This document shows, in pieces, positions 8,170-18,017 of a DNA stretch of 56,010 nucleotides. Both the position numbers and the translations under genes were made by a program. Positions within the stretch are counted from its first letter, which is position 1. Every line of letters begins with the position of its first letter. Location: positions 1 through 56,010 of IMG/VR virus record IMGVR_UViG_3300012005_000008, one strand, 5' to 3'. Under the pieces are notes generated by a model that made no database searches, had not been told where the DNA came from, and worked only from the letters and a program-made list of their open reading frames with translations. The DNA is from a virus (lineage: Duplodnaviria > Caudoviricetes).

Positions 8170-10056
8170 TTATCCCTCTGGTTGTAGGATCAAGGTTGAG
8201 AATCCTTGTTCCTTCCTGATAACCATATTACGATCGCACCTTCCTTCGAACTCTGGACGGTGAGAGATGATATAGATTCCTAAGTTGTCATCCCATGCCT
8301 TATGTTTCAACAACGCGATCAAGCAATCTACGTCATTACCAGAGATGCTTCCTCCATCAACTTCATCGGTGAATAGAACATTAACCTTGGAGTGTAAGTA
8401 AGTTAGTACGTCTCGGAAGGATAGGCACAGAGCCAGGTTAAGCTTCTTCTTCTCTCCATTTGACAAATTGCCATGGTCTAGCGGTCGACCGATCTCGCTA
8501 ATCTCGCAAGTCATGTCAGGCTGAAATAGAACTACGTGAGGCAAGTTAAGCCTCTCGATGTAATAACCGATCCGCTTGTTGAGGTATGGTGTTGTGGTAG
8601 AGATCAGGTTCTTACGAACGTAAGAGTTCTTGTCCGTTAATAGCTTAACTAGAAACAACTGATGAGCTTGCAAGTTAACTAGATCATCGAGTGCCTTGTG
8701 ATCTATTGGGATCTCTCCTTCTTTTGCCAAGGCATCTATAACGTCGGTGTGAGGATTTTTCTCATCACGAAGCTTAATAAGTCTATCATTCATCGAAGAT
8801 ATAGCAGCTTGTGCGGTGACGTGATCTTTTAAGCTCTTGTATGAAAGAACAGATTGAAGTTCGGTTATCTCATCGCGTGCAATGATAATATTCTTTTTAA
8901 TAACATCGATATTATCACTTAGCTTCTTAACGTCAACTTGAACATCATGGTTGAACTCAGTGATTTGTTTCTTTATGGAATCCATCGCCGTAAATTTCTC
9001 GGCTAGCTGCTCTTCAAGACCAGCCTTCCCAACCTCTAGCTCGCTGATCTTTTTACCAGCTGCGGCGAATGATTGTAAGCAATACGGACACTTATCTTTC
9101 CTAAGGTGATCAAGTTCTCCAACAAGCTTGATTAACGCGCGATCAAGCTCTCCATATCTCCCCGTCTCGACTGTATACTCCGCTAGTAGAGGAGATTTTT
9201 CACGCTCTCGGCTCAGCTTTTGAGATGTTAGCTCTCGGCTCGACGATTCAAGCTCTGAAACGTCAGCGTTTAACTCAACTATTCGTTGGTGAAGCTGTTC
9301 TTCACTGTCAAAGTCGACATTCTCAATCGCGATGATAGTTTCTTCTAGCTTTTTAACATCGGCATCATGTGAAATGATCCATCGGTTAGCCCTATCATCA
9401 GCTTCCTTGACGCGCTTCCAAAAACCATCATTTTGAAGCTCTTGTTGTTTGATCAGAACCTTCATCAGGTCGATCGCCTTGGAGGTATCGGTGGACTGCT
9501 TCTTTAAGACGGCGGCTTTCCTCGATAGCATCGTGATCTTAAACAGCTCCTCGATCAGGGCTCGCTGGTCCCCGACAGATAAGTCAAGAAATGCTTTGGA
9601 GTTACCGTTAAACAGCACGATCTGGCTGAAGAGGTTGTAGGAGAAACCAATCAGCTCCTCGATCGCATCGTTGACGTTGCCGACCGAAGCTGGTGTGATA
9701 TCCTTCCCATTGTGAAATAGCTGTACACCGGTGTCTACTCCGCGGCGGCGGTGGATCATGTACTCCTGACCGCTCTTTTTAAAATACAACTGCGCTTCCA
9801 TCGACGTGTTCTTCTTGTCGTTAGTGCGATTGATCATCTTGTCCTTAGAGACCCCAGATGGGATCTTATCATACAGGCAATATGATACCACCGACATCGC
9901 GGTAGTTTTCCCTGCTCCAGATGATCCACCCTGGTCTAGGTTCTCTCCAACTATAAGGGTAGTCCCTCGCTGATTAAGTGGTATCTCCGTCCAAACATTC
10001 CCAAATGATTGGAAGTTCTTAAACCTGACCTTCTCAAAGATTGTCTCTTGGCTCAT
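8170..10056 (-). CDS. gp46: Recombination endonuclease ATPase subunit (Rad50/SbcC-like)
   Basis: FKNFQSFGN, Walker A SGAGKTT, coiled coils with CPYC zinc hook, LSNGE signature, Walker B LFTDEVD, and ISH. Confidence 0.95.
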   Translation of the reverse strand: MSQETIFEKVRFKNFQSFGNVWTEIPLNQRGTTLIVGENLDQGGSSGAGKTTAMSVVSYCLYDKIPSGVSKDKMINRTNDKKNTSMEAQLYFKKSGQEYMIHRRRGVDTGVQLFHNGKDITPASVGNVNDAIEELIGFSYNLFSQIVLFNGNSKAFLDLSVGDQRALIEELFKITMLSRKAAVLKKQSTDTSKAIDLMKVLIKQQELQNDGFWKRVKEADDRANRWIISHDADVKKLEETIIAIENVDFDSEEQLHQRIVELNADVSELESSSRELTSQKLSREREKSPLLAEYTVETGRYGELDRALIKLVGELDHLRKDKCPYCLQSFAAAGKKISELEVGKAGLEEQLAEKFTAMDSIKKQITEFNHDVQVDVKKLSDNIDVIKKNIIIARDEITELQSVLSYKSLKDHVTAQAAISSMNDRLIKLRDEKNPHTDVIDALAKEGEIPIDHKALDDLVNLQAHQLFLVKLLTDKNSYVRKNLISTTTPYLNKRIGYYIERLNLPHVVLFQPDMTCEISEIGRPLDHGNLSNGEKKKLNLALCLSFRDVLTYLHSKVNVLFTDEVDGGSISGNDVDCLIALLKHKAWDDNLGIYIISHRPEFEGRCDRNMVIRKEQGFSTLILQPEG

Positions 10057-10237
10057 TCATTTCCCGTTCTTGTTCCCTGATCCAACGACGAGATTGTCTC
10101 GCCATTACCTTATGCTGAAGCGAATGAATGTTAATGCAGAATTCATCTGCTTCGCATGGATGCTCTCGAGGGAGAGCGCAGAATTTGTTCCACACGTCTC
10201 CGATCATTTTTATTAACTCATATTCATCATCAGTCAT
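10034..10237 (-). CDS. Hypothetical protein
   Basis: 67-aa ORF packed between gp47 and gp46. Confidence 0.6.
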   Translation of the reverse strand: MTDDEYELIKMIGDVWNKFCALPREHPCEADEFCINIHSLQHKVMARQSRRWIREQEREMNEPRDNL

Positions 10238-10241
10238 TGTA

Positions 10242-10457
10242 TCACCTAATGGTTGGTACTTCAGTTATTAAGAGCGCATCATCTGAATAGCCGCACTCAG
10301 GACACTTGTAACACCCGATCAACTCAAGGTTCTCTGCGGTGATCACCTCAACATGAAATTGACATATGCGCGCCCGGCCGAATGGTTGTGTCTTAATTGC
10401 GATTCCAGGAACCATTTCGACAGTACAACGTTCACAGATCATCAAAATGATTTCCAA
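10242..10457 (-). CDS. Small zinc-ribbon protein
   Basis: CERC and CPEC pairs. Confidence 0.55.
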   Translation of the reverse strand: MEIILMICERCTVEMVPGIAIKTQPFGRARICQFHVEVITAENLELIGCYKCPECGYSDDALLITEVPTIR

Positions 10458-10627
10458 TAATCACCCCAGCTTTGAAACCCTGGTGGTTTCCCACCGTACG
10501 CTTGCTCGCGGAGGTATTCACGAGCGCTGTAATAAGTTTCACCATGGTATTCCATGTAGACACGAATCTCATCATCAGTTGGTTCTTGGCACTTCATAAG
10601 TTCTTCGGTAGATAATTTAGTAATCAT
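10442..10627 (-). CDS. Hypothetical protein
   Basis: 61-aa ORF overlapping its neighbours. Confidence 0.55.
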   Translation of the reverse strand: MITKLSTEELMKCQEPTDDEIRVYMEYHGETYYSAREYLREQAYGGKPPGFQSWGDYWKSF

Positions 10628-10878
10628 ACTGTCCCCATGAGAATATTTTTAATTTTGTCACTTTTATAAAGAGCTTGAAGTTCTTGAAGCATATCTATGC
10701 CATACGCTCCGTAGAGATCTTGACTTAGCTCGATTGTCATATGTGACATTAACCACTCATAGAAAACATAATCATCTAGCTTAAATGGAGCAAGCATTGC
10801 GTTGGGGGCTGTCCAACAGCCCTTATCACCATGAGACCAACGGCAATTAACGCAAGGCTCTAAAGGATTGCTCATCAA
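10624..10878 (-). CDS. Hypothetical protein
   Basis: 84-aa ORF with ATGA overlaps on both sides. Confidence 0.55.
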   Translation of the reverse strand: MMSNPLEPCVNCRWSHGDKGCWTAPNAMLAPFKLDDYVFYEWLMSHMTIELSQDLYGAYGIDMLQELQALYKSDKIKNILMGTV

Positions 10879-11960
10879 TCTGTATCTCCTTCAATGGTTT
10901 CTACTACGATGTTCTTGTAAAGCTCTATCAGAGTGGCAACATCAACCTTTAAAGCCTTGTCATCTTTTGCTGCCTCAAGCTGCTTGATCACCATGTCATC
11001 AATGCTAGAAAAATCTACTCCGATGTCCTCGGTAACCTTAGCCGAGTCTCCCTCTAGTATCCCTTGCTTTGCGGCTCTATCTTCTTCTAGGATGAAATCT
11101 CGAAGCTGATAAGCTTCAATCATTCCATCCCGAAGCTCCTGGGCAGCTGAATAATCTAGTTCAACGTCGATTATACACTTCACTTTCATCTTAGGTTTCG
11201 GAGACCAGCTGTCAGCTATGACCTTTGTCAAGGAGGTTTTAAGATAAGATGGACAATCAGTCCAATTGTCAAAGACGACCTTATCTTGTTGAACGAAGTA
11301 GGTGCACATTCCTCGTTCATCATCGCTCGCATCACCGAAGTCCATTGGGAATGCGTTCCCAATGTAGATAACATTATCATTTGCTTGACGCTTGTGAAAG
11401 TGTCCAGAAAAGATCTTCTTTGGTCCATTGAACAGCTTATGATCTGGCCCATGCTCCATGACCGTATTATGTCCGGTGATGACGAAATTCTTAAACTCAA
11501 AGTGACCCAAAAACGCGTACATGTCATTATATTGAATCATGGCCGCGTATTCTGATTCAAACAAGAACGGAGAGAAAAGCAAGTTATCTACAACCGTAGG
11601 CTTGTCGATCACGATGATATTTGTCATCTCTTGGAACATTCTAACGGAATGAACATCCCTAGTGGTACGACGATGAAGGTCATGGTTACCCACTATAAAA
11701 TAAACTGGGATACCCAACGAATTGAGCATCTTTAACCCTTCATAAGAGTACTCCATAGTCTCGATGTTAATCGCCGATCGACTCTCAAACCAATCTCCCA
11801 AGAAGGCAACGTGAGAATAATCACCTGCCTTCTTGATCTTATCGCAAAACCACGTTATGTGATCTAAGCAATCTTGATTGTGAATCTTTGAGTTACTTCT
11901 TCGCCCGAAATGAATATCCGTAAACATCCCGATCTTTTTGAAGTCGACTGGTTTTTTCAT
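10875..11960 (-). CDS. gp47: Recombination endonuclease nuclease subunit (Mre11/SbcD-like)
   Basis: Metallophosphoesterase motifs TDIHFG, LGDWF, GNHD, GH and SGHFH. Confidence 0.95.
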   Translation of the reverse strand: MKKPVDFKKIGMFTDIHFGRRSNSKIHNQDCLDHITWFCDKIKKAGDYSHVAFLGDWFESRSAINIETMEYSYEGLKMLNSLGIPVYFIVGNHDLHRRTTRDVHSVRMFQEMTNIIVIDKPTVVDNLLFSPFLFESEYAAMIQYNDMYAFLGHFEFKNFVITGHNTVMEHGPDHKLFNGPKKIFSGHFHKRQANDNVIYIGNAFPMDFGDASDDERGMCTYFVQQDKVVFDNWTDCPSYLKTSLTKVIADSWSPKPKMKVKCIIDVELDYSAAQELRDGMIEAYQLRDFILEEDRAAKQGILEGDSAKVTEDIGVDFSSIDDMVIKQLEAAKDDKALKVDVATLIELYKNIVVETIEGDTD

Positions 11961-12139
11961 TCTAAGTAGATAGTTTCAATTTGAACAAGTTCATTTGTGG
12001 CTAAAACTTGAACATCTGTCAAATTCATATTAACAAGAAGTGCTTCGACCATTTCCTTGATCTCGATTAATTGATATTTAGATGGATTTTGTCCAACCTT
12101 AACGTGTAAGAGAGTCTTTTGTTTGTTCAGCATGATCAA
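11957..12139 (-). CDS. Hypothetical protein
   Basis: 60-aa ORF with 4-nt overlaps on both sides. Confidence 0.55.
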   Translation of the reverse strand: MIMLNKQKTLLHVKVGQNPSKYQLIEIKEMVEALLVNMNLTDVQVLATNELVQIETIYLE

Positions 12140-12540
12140 AATCCTCCAAGCGCGCCTGACAATCCAGCTGATCCACGTGGACCCTTAGAGCCACCTACGC
12201 CATAAGACGACGCTACAGCATCAAACTGTCCACGCCAACCCCACTTATCTTCAACATATTGACTAAATTCTTGAAGAGTGAGTGAGATAAGATCATCTTC
12301 AGACAGCTCAAGCATCGAGATAGCGGTGTTATAAGTTTCTTCCATTGAGTTTGGTTTAACACAATTGACAAATTGTTCTATCTCACCACCCTTCTCGGCT
12401 TGCTTAAGGTTTGCCTTCATCAGCTTGATGGCGGCGATTCGGTATGCTGCTAAGGAGGCTTCATATTCTTCAAGGTGGACCGTACGATTCGTCTTGATGA
12501 TCTCAAGGAGCTTCTTTCGCTCAATGTTTACTTCGCGCAT
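12136..12540 (-). CDS. Hypothetical phage protein with a Gly-X-Y tail
   Basis: 134-aa ORF with AGGA ribosome-binding site; C-terminus GSKGPRGSAGLSGALGGF. Confidence 0.7.
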   Translation of the reverse strand: MREVNIERKKLLEIIKTNRTVHLEEYEASLAAYRIAAIKLMKANLKQAEKGGEIEQFVNCVKPNSMEETYNTAISMLELSEDDLISLTLQEFSQYVEDKWGWRGQFDAVASSYGVGGSKGPRGSAGLSGALGGF

Positions 12541-12565
12541 ATAATTTTTCCTATGGTTATGTGAT

Positions 12566-13237
12566 TTAAAACTTAAACAAGGTTTGCACCGTTACATCGA
12601 TCTTTTCAAGATCTACGTCATCTTCATCGATGATAAACTCTACTTCGATGTTGATGTCTGGTGCAACCCCCGTGGTGGCTAGCGCTAGCGCGGCAGCCTC
12701 AAGCTCTGCAGCTTCCTTATCAGCTAAAGCCTTGGCTGCTTCTTGGGCAACCCTGATCTTAGCTTCGGCGATCTGCGTGGTGAGCTCATTTAACTCAGCG
12801 GAATATTCCCCGCCTTGATTTCGCTGAACTTCATCGCTGAAGTTGTAGCTTGGATTTTCACCCATGTCGATCAACAATTGATCTCTGATCCTACGGTGTT
12901 TCCGTTCGATATTCAGAAACTGCAAAAACGAATTGTTAATACACGAGGTGTAGAATGAAAAGGGATTATCCGATTTTTCTGGATTAAACTTGAGGGCATT
13001 CTGACAAAGATTTGCAAGTGCTTCTGATACCATATCTTCACGATATGTGTAGCTAGAAAAACATGGTCTCATCGCGTACTTACGAGTCAGCATCATCAAC
13101 ATCTTGGCTAGCTCATCTGTCAACTTACCTTCTGACTTGGCCTTGATCACCTCTGGTAGTAGACGACTGTTGGTGAGGTAATACTTAGCGGTTACTTCGG
13201 GAGCATCCGAATTTTTGGTTCTTTTTGGGGCGGCCAT
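12566..13237 (-). CDS. gp55: Late-transcription sigma factor, T4 gp55-like
   Basis: YYLTN..L, RPCFSSYTYREDMVSEA, FNPEKSDNPFSFYT...NNSFLQ; upstream of gp47/gp46 as in T4-like phages. Confidence 0.9.
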   Translation of the reverse strand: MAAPKRTKNSDAPEVTAKYYLTNSRLLPEVIKAKSEGKLTDELAKMLMMLTRKYAMRPCFSSYTYREDMVSEALANLCQNALKFNPEKSDNPFSFYTSCINNSFLQFLNIERKHRRIRDQLLIDMGENPSYNFSDEVQRNQGGEYSAELNELTTQIAEAKIRVAQEAAKALADKEAAELEAAALALATTGVAPDINIEVEFIIDEDDVDLEKIDVTVQTLFKF

Positions 13238-13337
13238 TATTTTTTATTTCCTAGTGAGCGTTACCTCTTTGGTTACTATAACTTCTTAATTGTAACTTAA
13301 AATAGTTCCAGAGAGAATTTTTTGCAGACAATAATCT

Positions 13338-13345
13338 CATAAATA
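13338..13345 (+). promoter_or_regulatory. Late promoter-like CATAAATA
   Basis: One mismatch to TATAAATA, at the head of the plus-strand structural operon. Confidence 0.6.
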
Positions 13346-13375
13346 GAGATTACAAGATATTTATGGAGCCACCAG

Positions 13376-13996
13376 ATGCACCTACATGAACTTTTCGAGG
13401 ATGAGCGCACCAATAAATTGGTTGTTGTGTACGGTGGCAGGTTTCAACCGTTCCATCGCGGTCACTACCACGTCTACCTCTGGCTCTGCAAGAAGTATGG
13501 TAAGGAGAACGTGTGGATCGCTACGTCCGATAAAACGAACTTTGATCCTAAAGACGGTGATATTTCTCCGTTCACCTACAAGGAGAAGTTGGAAATCATC
13601 ACAACTATTTATGGCATTGAACCACGCCGCATCGTTCAGTGTAAGAATCCAACGTTCAAGCCAACCGAGGTCTTCTCACAATATAAGGGATATGACTGTG
13701 TATACCTAGCTGCAGTAGGGAAGAAGGACATCGAACGATATAGCGAATCAAAGTTCTTTGAGCCGGTCCCAGATGACTTGGACGTTGACAAGATGATGAA
13801 CGTCAAGGAGAAGAAGGGGTATTACGTCGCCGTTCCTATGAAGGTCGATGGGATCTCAGGAACGCAGATCAGAGAAGAAATTAAAGACGCGAAGGATGAT
13901 GAAGAAAAGCATCGTAAGTTGTTTAAGAATTACTTTGGTAAGTATGATCCCGTGATCGCGGACCTGATCATCGCTAAGTTGAAGGAAGTTAAATGA
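13376..13996 (+). CDS. HIGH-family nucleotidylyl/cytidylyltransferase-like protein
   Basis: YGGRFQPFHRGH, PF...EK and ISGTQIR motifs. Confidence 0.8.
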   Translation: MHLHELFEDERTNKLVVVYGGRFQPFHRGHYHVYLWLCKKYGKENVWIATSDKTNFDPKDGDISPFTYKEKLEIITTIYGIEPRRIVQCKNPTFKPTEVFSQYKGYDCVYLAAVGKKDIERYSESKFFEPVPDDLDVDKMMNVKEKKGYYVAVPMKVDGISGTQIREEIKDAKDDEEKHRKLFKNYFGKYDPVIADLIIAKLKEVK

Positions 13997-15009
13997 CATC
14001 TGGACCATTTACTGATATCTTAGAGGTTCCTCCAGTTGAGGACCTAACAATAGATACGTTCCCACCACCGTCTACGGAGCCACCGCTTTTAGACACGTTC
14101 AATTCTTTTTTCGATACGTACTCAATTCCATTGTCGAGCTTTACGGTTCCAGATCATTGTGCAACGTACATCCCAGATAATGACCATGATGGAAGTTGCA
14201 GGCTGATCATCACTCCAGAGCCGACGATGGGAGCTAAACAATGGACGTTTCGCGGAAAGTGGATCACGATCGGAGTTTATAGAGATGAGGGTCGACCGAC
14301 TAGCTATGACAATAACAATAATTTAGTTAACTTCTATGAAGATTATGTTGTTTTCAGGTTGTTGCCATCTTTTCGACTGATCCCTGTTTCTATCGTTAAT
14401 GAGCTATTAAATAACTCAGGCCCCTCAGTTTCTCTGTCTCATAGATCAATGGTTGAGATAACAACCGGAAATACTATGAGGGTAACTGGAACCATTTCCA
14501 AGGATACAAATTACCACTCGGCAAATAACCCATCAGTTGATAACTCTTCGATGCTAGCCCGCAGGTTTAACCAGCTTTATGATGAGCGAGGAGAACCTCT
14601 TCAGCTTTCATATGATGCGCTCGGGTACGCGATACAATCGTCATTGGTTGATAGTAAGTATAAAAATAACCCAGTGAAGCTTAATCCGCCATCTGATGGA
14701 CGATCTTCTGATCTACGAATTTTCGTCTATGATTACTATGGCGTAGATCTCAATGATCCAAACCGTGGTCCATACTTTAGGAGCGATTTAATTCAACGTT
14801 CAGGCCTTGGAAATATTAACAACATCAAGTACCAAACTGGCGCAGATGGACAACCACTGTACTCTGGAGGATTATATGATCACTTTGGAAATATAGTGGT
14901 AGGAATTCAAAGCAACAACGCTTTAGCGGTAAGACAACCGGTGATGCCGTTAACTATAGACCAGTTTAACCACCCTATCAAGTCTCCGCTCACAAATAGA
15001 GTATCCTAA
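13993..15009 (+). CDS. Hypothetical protein, probably virion-associated
   Basis: 338-aa ORF coupled to both neighbours in the structural operon. Confidence 0.6.
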   Translation: MTSGPFTDILEVPPVEDLTIDTFPPPSTEPPLLDTFNSFFDTYSIPLSSFTVPDHCATYIPDNDHDGSCRLIITPEPTMGAKQWTFRGKWITIGVYRDEGRPTSYDNNNNLVNFYEDYVVFRLLPSFRLIPVSIVNELLNNSGPSVSLSHRSMVEITTGNTMRVTGTISKDTNYHSANNPSVDNSSMLARRFNQLYDERGEPLQLSYDALGYAIQSSLVDSKYKNNPVKLNPPSDGRSSDLRIFVYDYYGVDLNDPNRGPYFRSDLIQRSGLGNINNIKYQTGADGQPLYSGGLYDHFGNIVVGIQSNNALAVRQPVMPLTIDQFNHPIKSPLTNRVS

Positions 15010-15998
15010 TGGAAGCATCAGCTTATAAAGTATCAATTACATGCATGGGTCAAACAGTAACGTTTGAAGCCTCATCTCCTGTGACTGAATCGAGGACGGC
15101 GTCTTGGGATCAATACAACGTTGTCCACTTACCAACTTCATTGTTTGCTTATCGTGGAACATCTCATCGTTCTTACCAGGTGTCTGGTAAGTTGGTGTCA
15201 CGCACCCCCGACGAAGCAACGATCAATGCTAGGTACCTCAACCTAATCCGCAGTTGGGTTCAACCTGATTTCGGAGCTTCTGGAGCTACGCCACCGATCG
15301 TTTATCTTACCGCGTATGCTAACTCAAATATCAAGCAGCTGTCTTGTTTTGTTCGTACGTACAGCTGGCAATTTACAGATGAGGTTGATTATATCTTCAA
15401 CGGTGAACAGCCGATGCCAGTGATCGGAGTTTTGTCGGTTGATCTAGAAGAGATCTATTCAGCGACAGAGATCACACAAGTTACTCCTTGGAAGATCAAG
15501 GATGCATCTGGTTCTGTTTTAAGCGGCAGTGTTCCATTTTCCTCTCTTGGTAATAATCTATCTTTCCAAGGGTTAGCGACAAAGGCGATCTCCGCAGAAC
15601 AGCAGATTAGTGGATTATTCAATCAGATCGCTAACGCTGACCTGTCTCAAAATCCGTTATCATCCATCGTCAATAATAGCCCACAATTGTCATCAGTTAC
15701 AAAGGGAATCTCTTCGATCACTAACAATCAGTTTATCTCTGGTGTGAGCGCCCCAGTCGCTAATCAGGTTCCAACTACAGCACCCCCTCCATTGGTCTCT
15801 AATCCAAATCCACCACCATCGATTCCAGAAGGTTATACAGTTGATGGTAGCTCTGGTAATGTTTCTGATGCTAGCGGTAACCTAGATCCAAACCTAACAT
15901 CTCAATCTAACAGCTACCAACCATTCGTTGTTGCTGAAGCTGATACGTTCGGCCGTAACTCTCTGTCAAACGACGGACCATCTTTCCCTGACGCATAA
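15009..15998 (+). CDS. Tail-tube initiator-like baseplate protein (gp48/gp54-type fold) with Ser/Pro-rich tail
   Basis: VTESRTASW...H......Y.GT..R, PP.V.L.AY, and V.L.E patterns; directly upstream of the gp53-like gene. Confidence 0.55.
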   Translation: MEASAYKVSITCMGQTVTFEASSPVTESRTASWDQYNVVHLPTSLFAYRGTSHRSYQVSGKLVSRTPDEATINARYLNLIRSWVQPDFGASGATPPIVYLTAYANSNIKQLSCFVRTYSWQFTDEVDYIFNGEQPMPVIGVLSVDLEEIYSATEITQVTPWKIKDASGSVLSGSVPFSSLGNNLSFQGLATKAISAEQQISGLFNQIANADLSQNPLSSIVNNSPQLSSVTKGISSITNNQFISGVSAPVANQVPTTAPPPLVSNPNPPPSIPEGYTVDGSSGNVSDASGNLDPNLTSQSNSYQPFVVAEADTFGRNSLSNDGPSFPDA

Positions 15999-15999
15999 C

Positions 16000-16359
16000 A
16001 TGGCATACTCTCTAAAAGATTCTACTTACAATACAAAGAACGGTCGTTACGTTCTTGGCGGAACGACCGAACGATCGATCTTCGCCTTAGAGTGGTGGGA
16101 TAAAGTTAACATGACCCGTGACCCTTCAGACCTACTTTACGTGATGGAGAAGAAATATGAAAGTCGTCCAGATCAATTAGGATTCTTATTCTATGGCGAT
16201 AATAACTTGTGGTGGATCATCTGTCAATTCAACGGTATCCTCGACCCGGCGACCGAGCTAATTGAGGGAAAGATTCTCATGATACCGACGATGGATCGTA
16301 TTAAGAAAGAGCTAACGGCAGGAGCTCCTGGAGGAGTTCCATCGACTAGGAACAAATAA
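16000..16359 (+). CDS. gp53: Baseplate wedge subunit, gp53-like (LysM-type)
   Basis: RPDQLGFLFYGDNNLWWIICQFNGILDP..EL..G..L.IP; ATG at 16000 preferred to the track's 15928. Confidence 0.8.
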   Translation: MAYSLKDSTYNTKNGRYVLGGTTERSIFALEWWDKVNMTRDPSDLLYVMEKKYESRPDQLGFLFYGDNNLWWIICQFNGILDPATELIEGKILMIPTMDRIKKELTAGAPGGVPSTRNK

Positions 16360-16364
16360 AATAT

Positions 16365-18017
16365 ATGGCATATCCAGCAAATATACTAGATCCCTTCAAG
16401 AGCTATGTTTATCACTTTGAGCTCCATGCGGCCAGCACTTGGGACGCTCTTAAGTCATTAGAAACTCAAGATTTAAACGCGGTGACCACCCCATATGCTC
16501 CAAACGGTACACTGTTGATTAACACCAGAAGAGATGCTCATCAAACTATTGATGATGTTAAGTATCATTACACCGGTCCTTTCATTAACACTGAAAACAT
16601 CATGTCCCCGGCCGGGAACGTTTCGATGACAGTATTTGAACCAAACGGAGTATCTTTTGTTGAGAAGTTAGAAGAGCTAAAACGTCAATATAATGTGTCT
16701 AACTTTGCTGGAAGCATTCAGTTTGTTTTAAAGATATTCTTTGTTGGGCGATATGCAGATAATTCAATTGAAACATTACCAGCAATCGTTATTCCCATGA
16801 AGCTTGATAAGATAGAAGCTGAATTTAACCACATGGGTGGCCGATATAGCATCTTATTTCAAATATCGGCCGGCGGACTATTACCGACCCCAGATAATCG
16901 ACTCGCTAATCTTCTAGCATATACTAATAAGGACGTGTACATTAAAGCTAAAACTTTACCAGAAGCTTTAACATTCTTGCAAAATAAGCTCAATGACAAT
17001 AAAGATTTTGTTTATGAAGAAGAGCGAACGGTAGGTAGAAAGATTCGATATCAAATCACGTATGATCCAGAGATAGTTGGAGATTTGAAGTTGGTAACTA
17101 CTAAGTCATTTAAGCCTGGAGACGTAGCTCAAATACCGCTTGATCGTCATCTAACTATTATGGAATGGATCAAACAACTTGTCATGAGTAGTAAGGACGT
17201 GACTGATATGATCTATGCTTCAGCCGCCGGCTTACAGCAGCCAAAGCATCCAGATGTTAAAATTCCAACATATACCGCCAGGGTTGAACTCACAGATAGT
17301 GAAGTTATCTTAGCGTATCATGTTCATGTTTACACAGGACAATCTATTCCAGGGGCGGGAGAAATTTTCTTTGATTACTTATTTTCTGATCCTGGTAAGA
17401 ATGTTGATGTGATGGACTTTGCAATTAAGTACAACAATATTTTGGGATATCTATCATCTACTAAATCTGGAGCTGTTCCAGTTGAGACAGGACAAGATCC
17501 AAAATCTCCAAAGGCTAATCCTGGGGTAACCTCGCGTGGTCCAATAGTTCCAGATAGAGCTCAAAATCCAGATAAGAATCCTCAATCATCAACTCAATCT
17601 GTTGCGAGAGAGATCTCTCAAAATGATATCGATGCGATGCCAACCGACGTTCGAGATGCAAAACGTGGTTATCCAAATAGTACGCACGATGCAGTATTAT
17701 CAAAGGGTTTAGCTTTTGACACGCTTATGATGGCCGTCAGCGGTAGCGCTAACCAATCATTTAGAATTAGGGGATATTACCAACTATTAGCTCCTTGCAT
17801 CCCTACACCAGACGGTCAGAACCTTGGGTTCGGTACTAAGGGTGGAATTTGGATAAAGGTTAATATCCGAGATCAATTTAAGCGCCCATTCTTCTACACT
17901 AGTTGGTATCAACTTTTATCGGTTGAGCATCACTTTAGCAATGGATTGTTTACTCAAAACTTAATCACTACGATCTCTCCAGAAGCTCAAAAGAAGTTTG
18001 CACAAGGGATCTCATGA
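16365..18017 (+). CDS. Baseplate hub-like structural protein
   Basis: N.LD.F.SY.YHF.L start and YQLLSVEHHFSNGLFTQNL end, as in gp27/VgrG-type hubs; lies between gp53 and gp5. Confidence 0.6.
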   Translation: MAYPANILDPFKSYVYHFELHAASTWDALKSLETQDLNAVTTPYAPNGTLLINTRRDAHQTIDDVKYHYTGPFINTENIMSPAGNVSMTVFEPNGVSFVEKLEELKRQYNVSNFAGSIQFVLKIFFVGRYADNSIETLPAIVIPMKLDKIEAEFNHMGGRYSILFQISAGGLLPTPDNRLANLLAYTNKDVYIKAKTLPEALTFLQNKLNDNKDFVYEEERTVGRKIRYQITYDPEIVGDLKLVTTKSFKPGDVAQIPLDRHLTIMEWIKQLVMSSKDVTDMIYASAAGLQQPKHPDVKIPTYTARVELTDSEVILAYHVHVYTGQSIPGAGEIFFDYLFSDPGKNVDVMDFAIKYNNILGYLSSTKSGAVPVETGQDPKSPKANPGVTSRGPIVPDRAQNPDKNPQSSTQSVAREISQNDIDAMPTDVRDAKRGYPNSTHDAVLSKGLAFDTLMMAVSGSANQSFRIRGYYQLLAPCIPTPDGQNLGFGTKGGIWIKVNIRDQFKRPFFYTSWYQLLSVEHHFSNGLFTQNLITTISPEAQKKFAQGIS

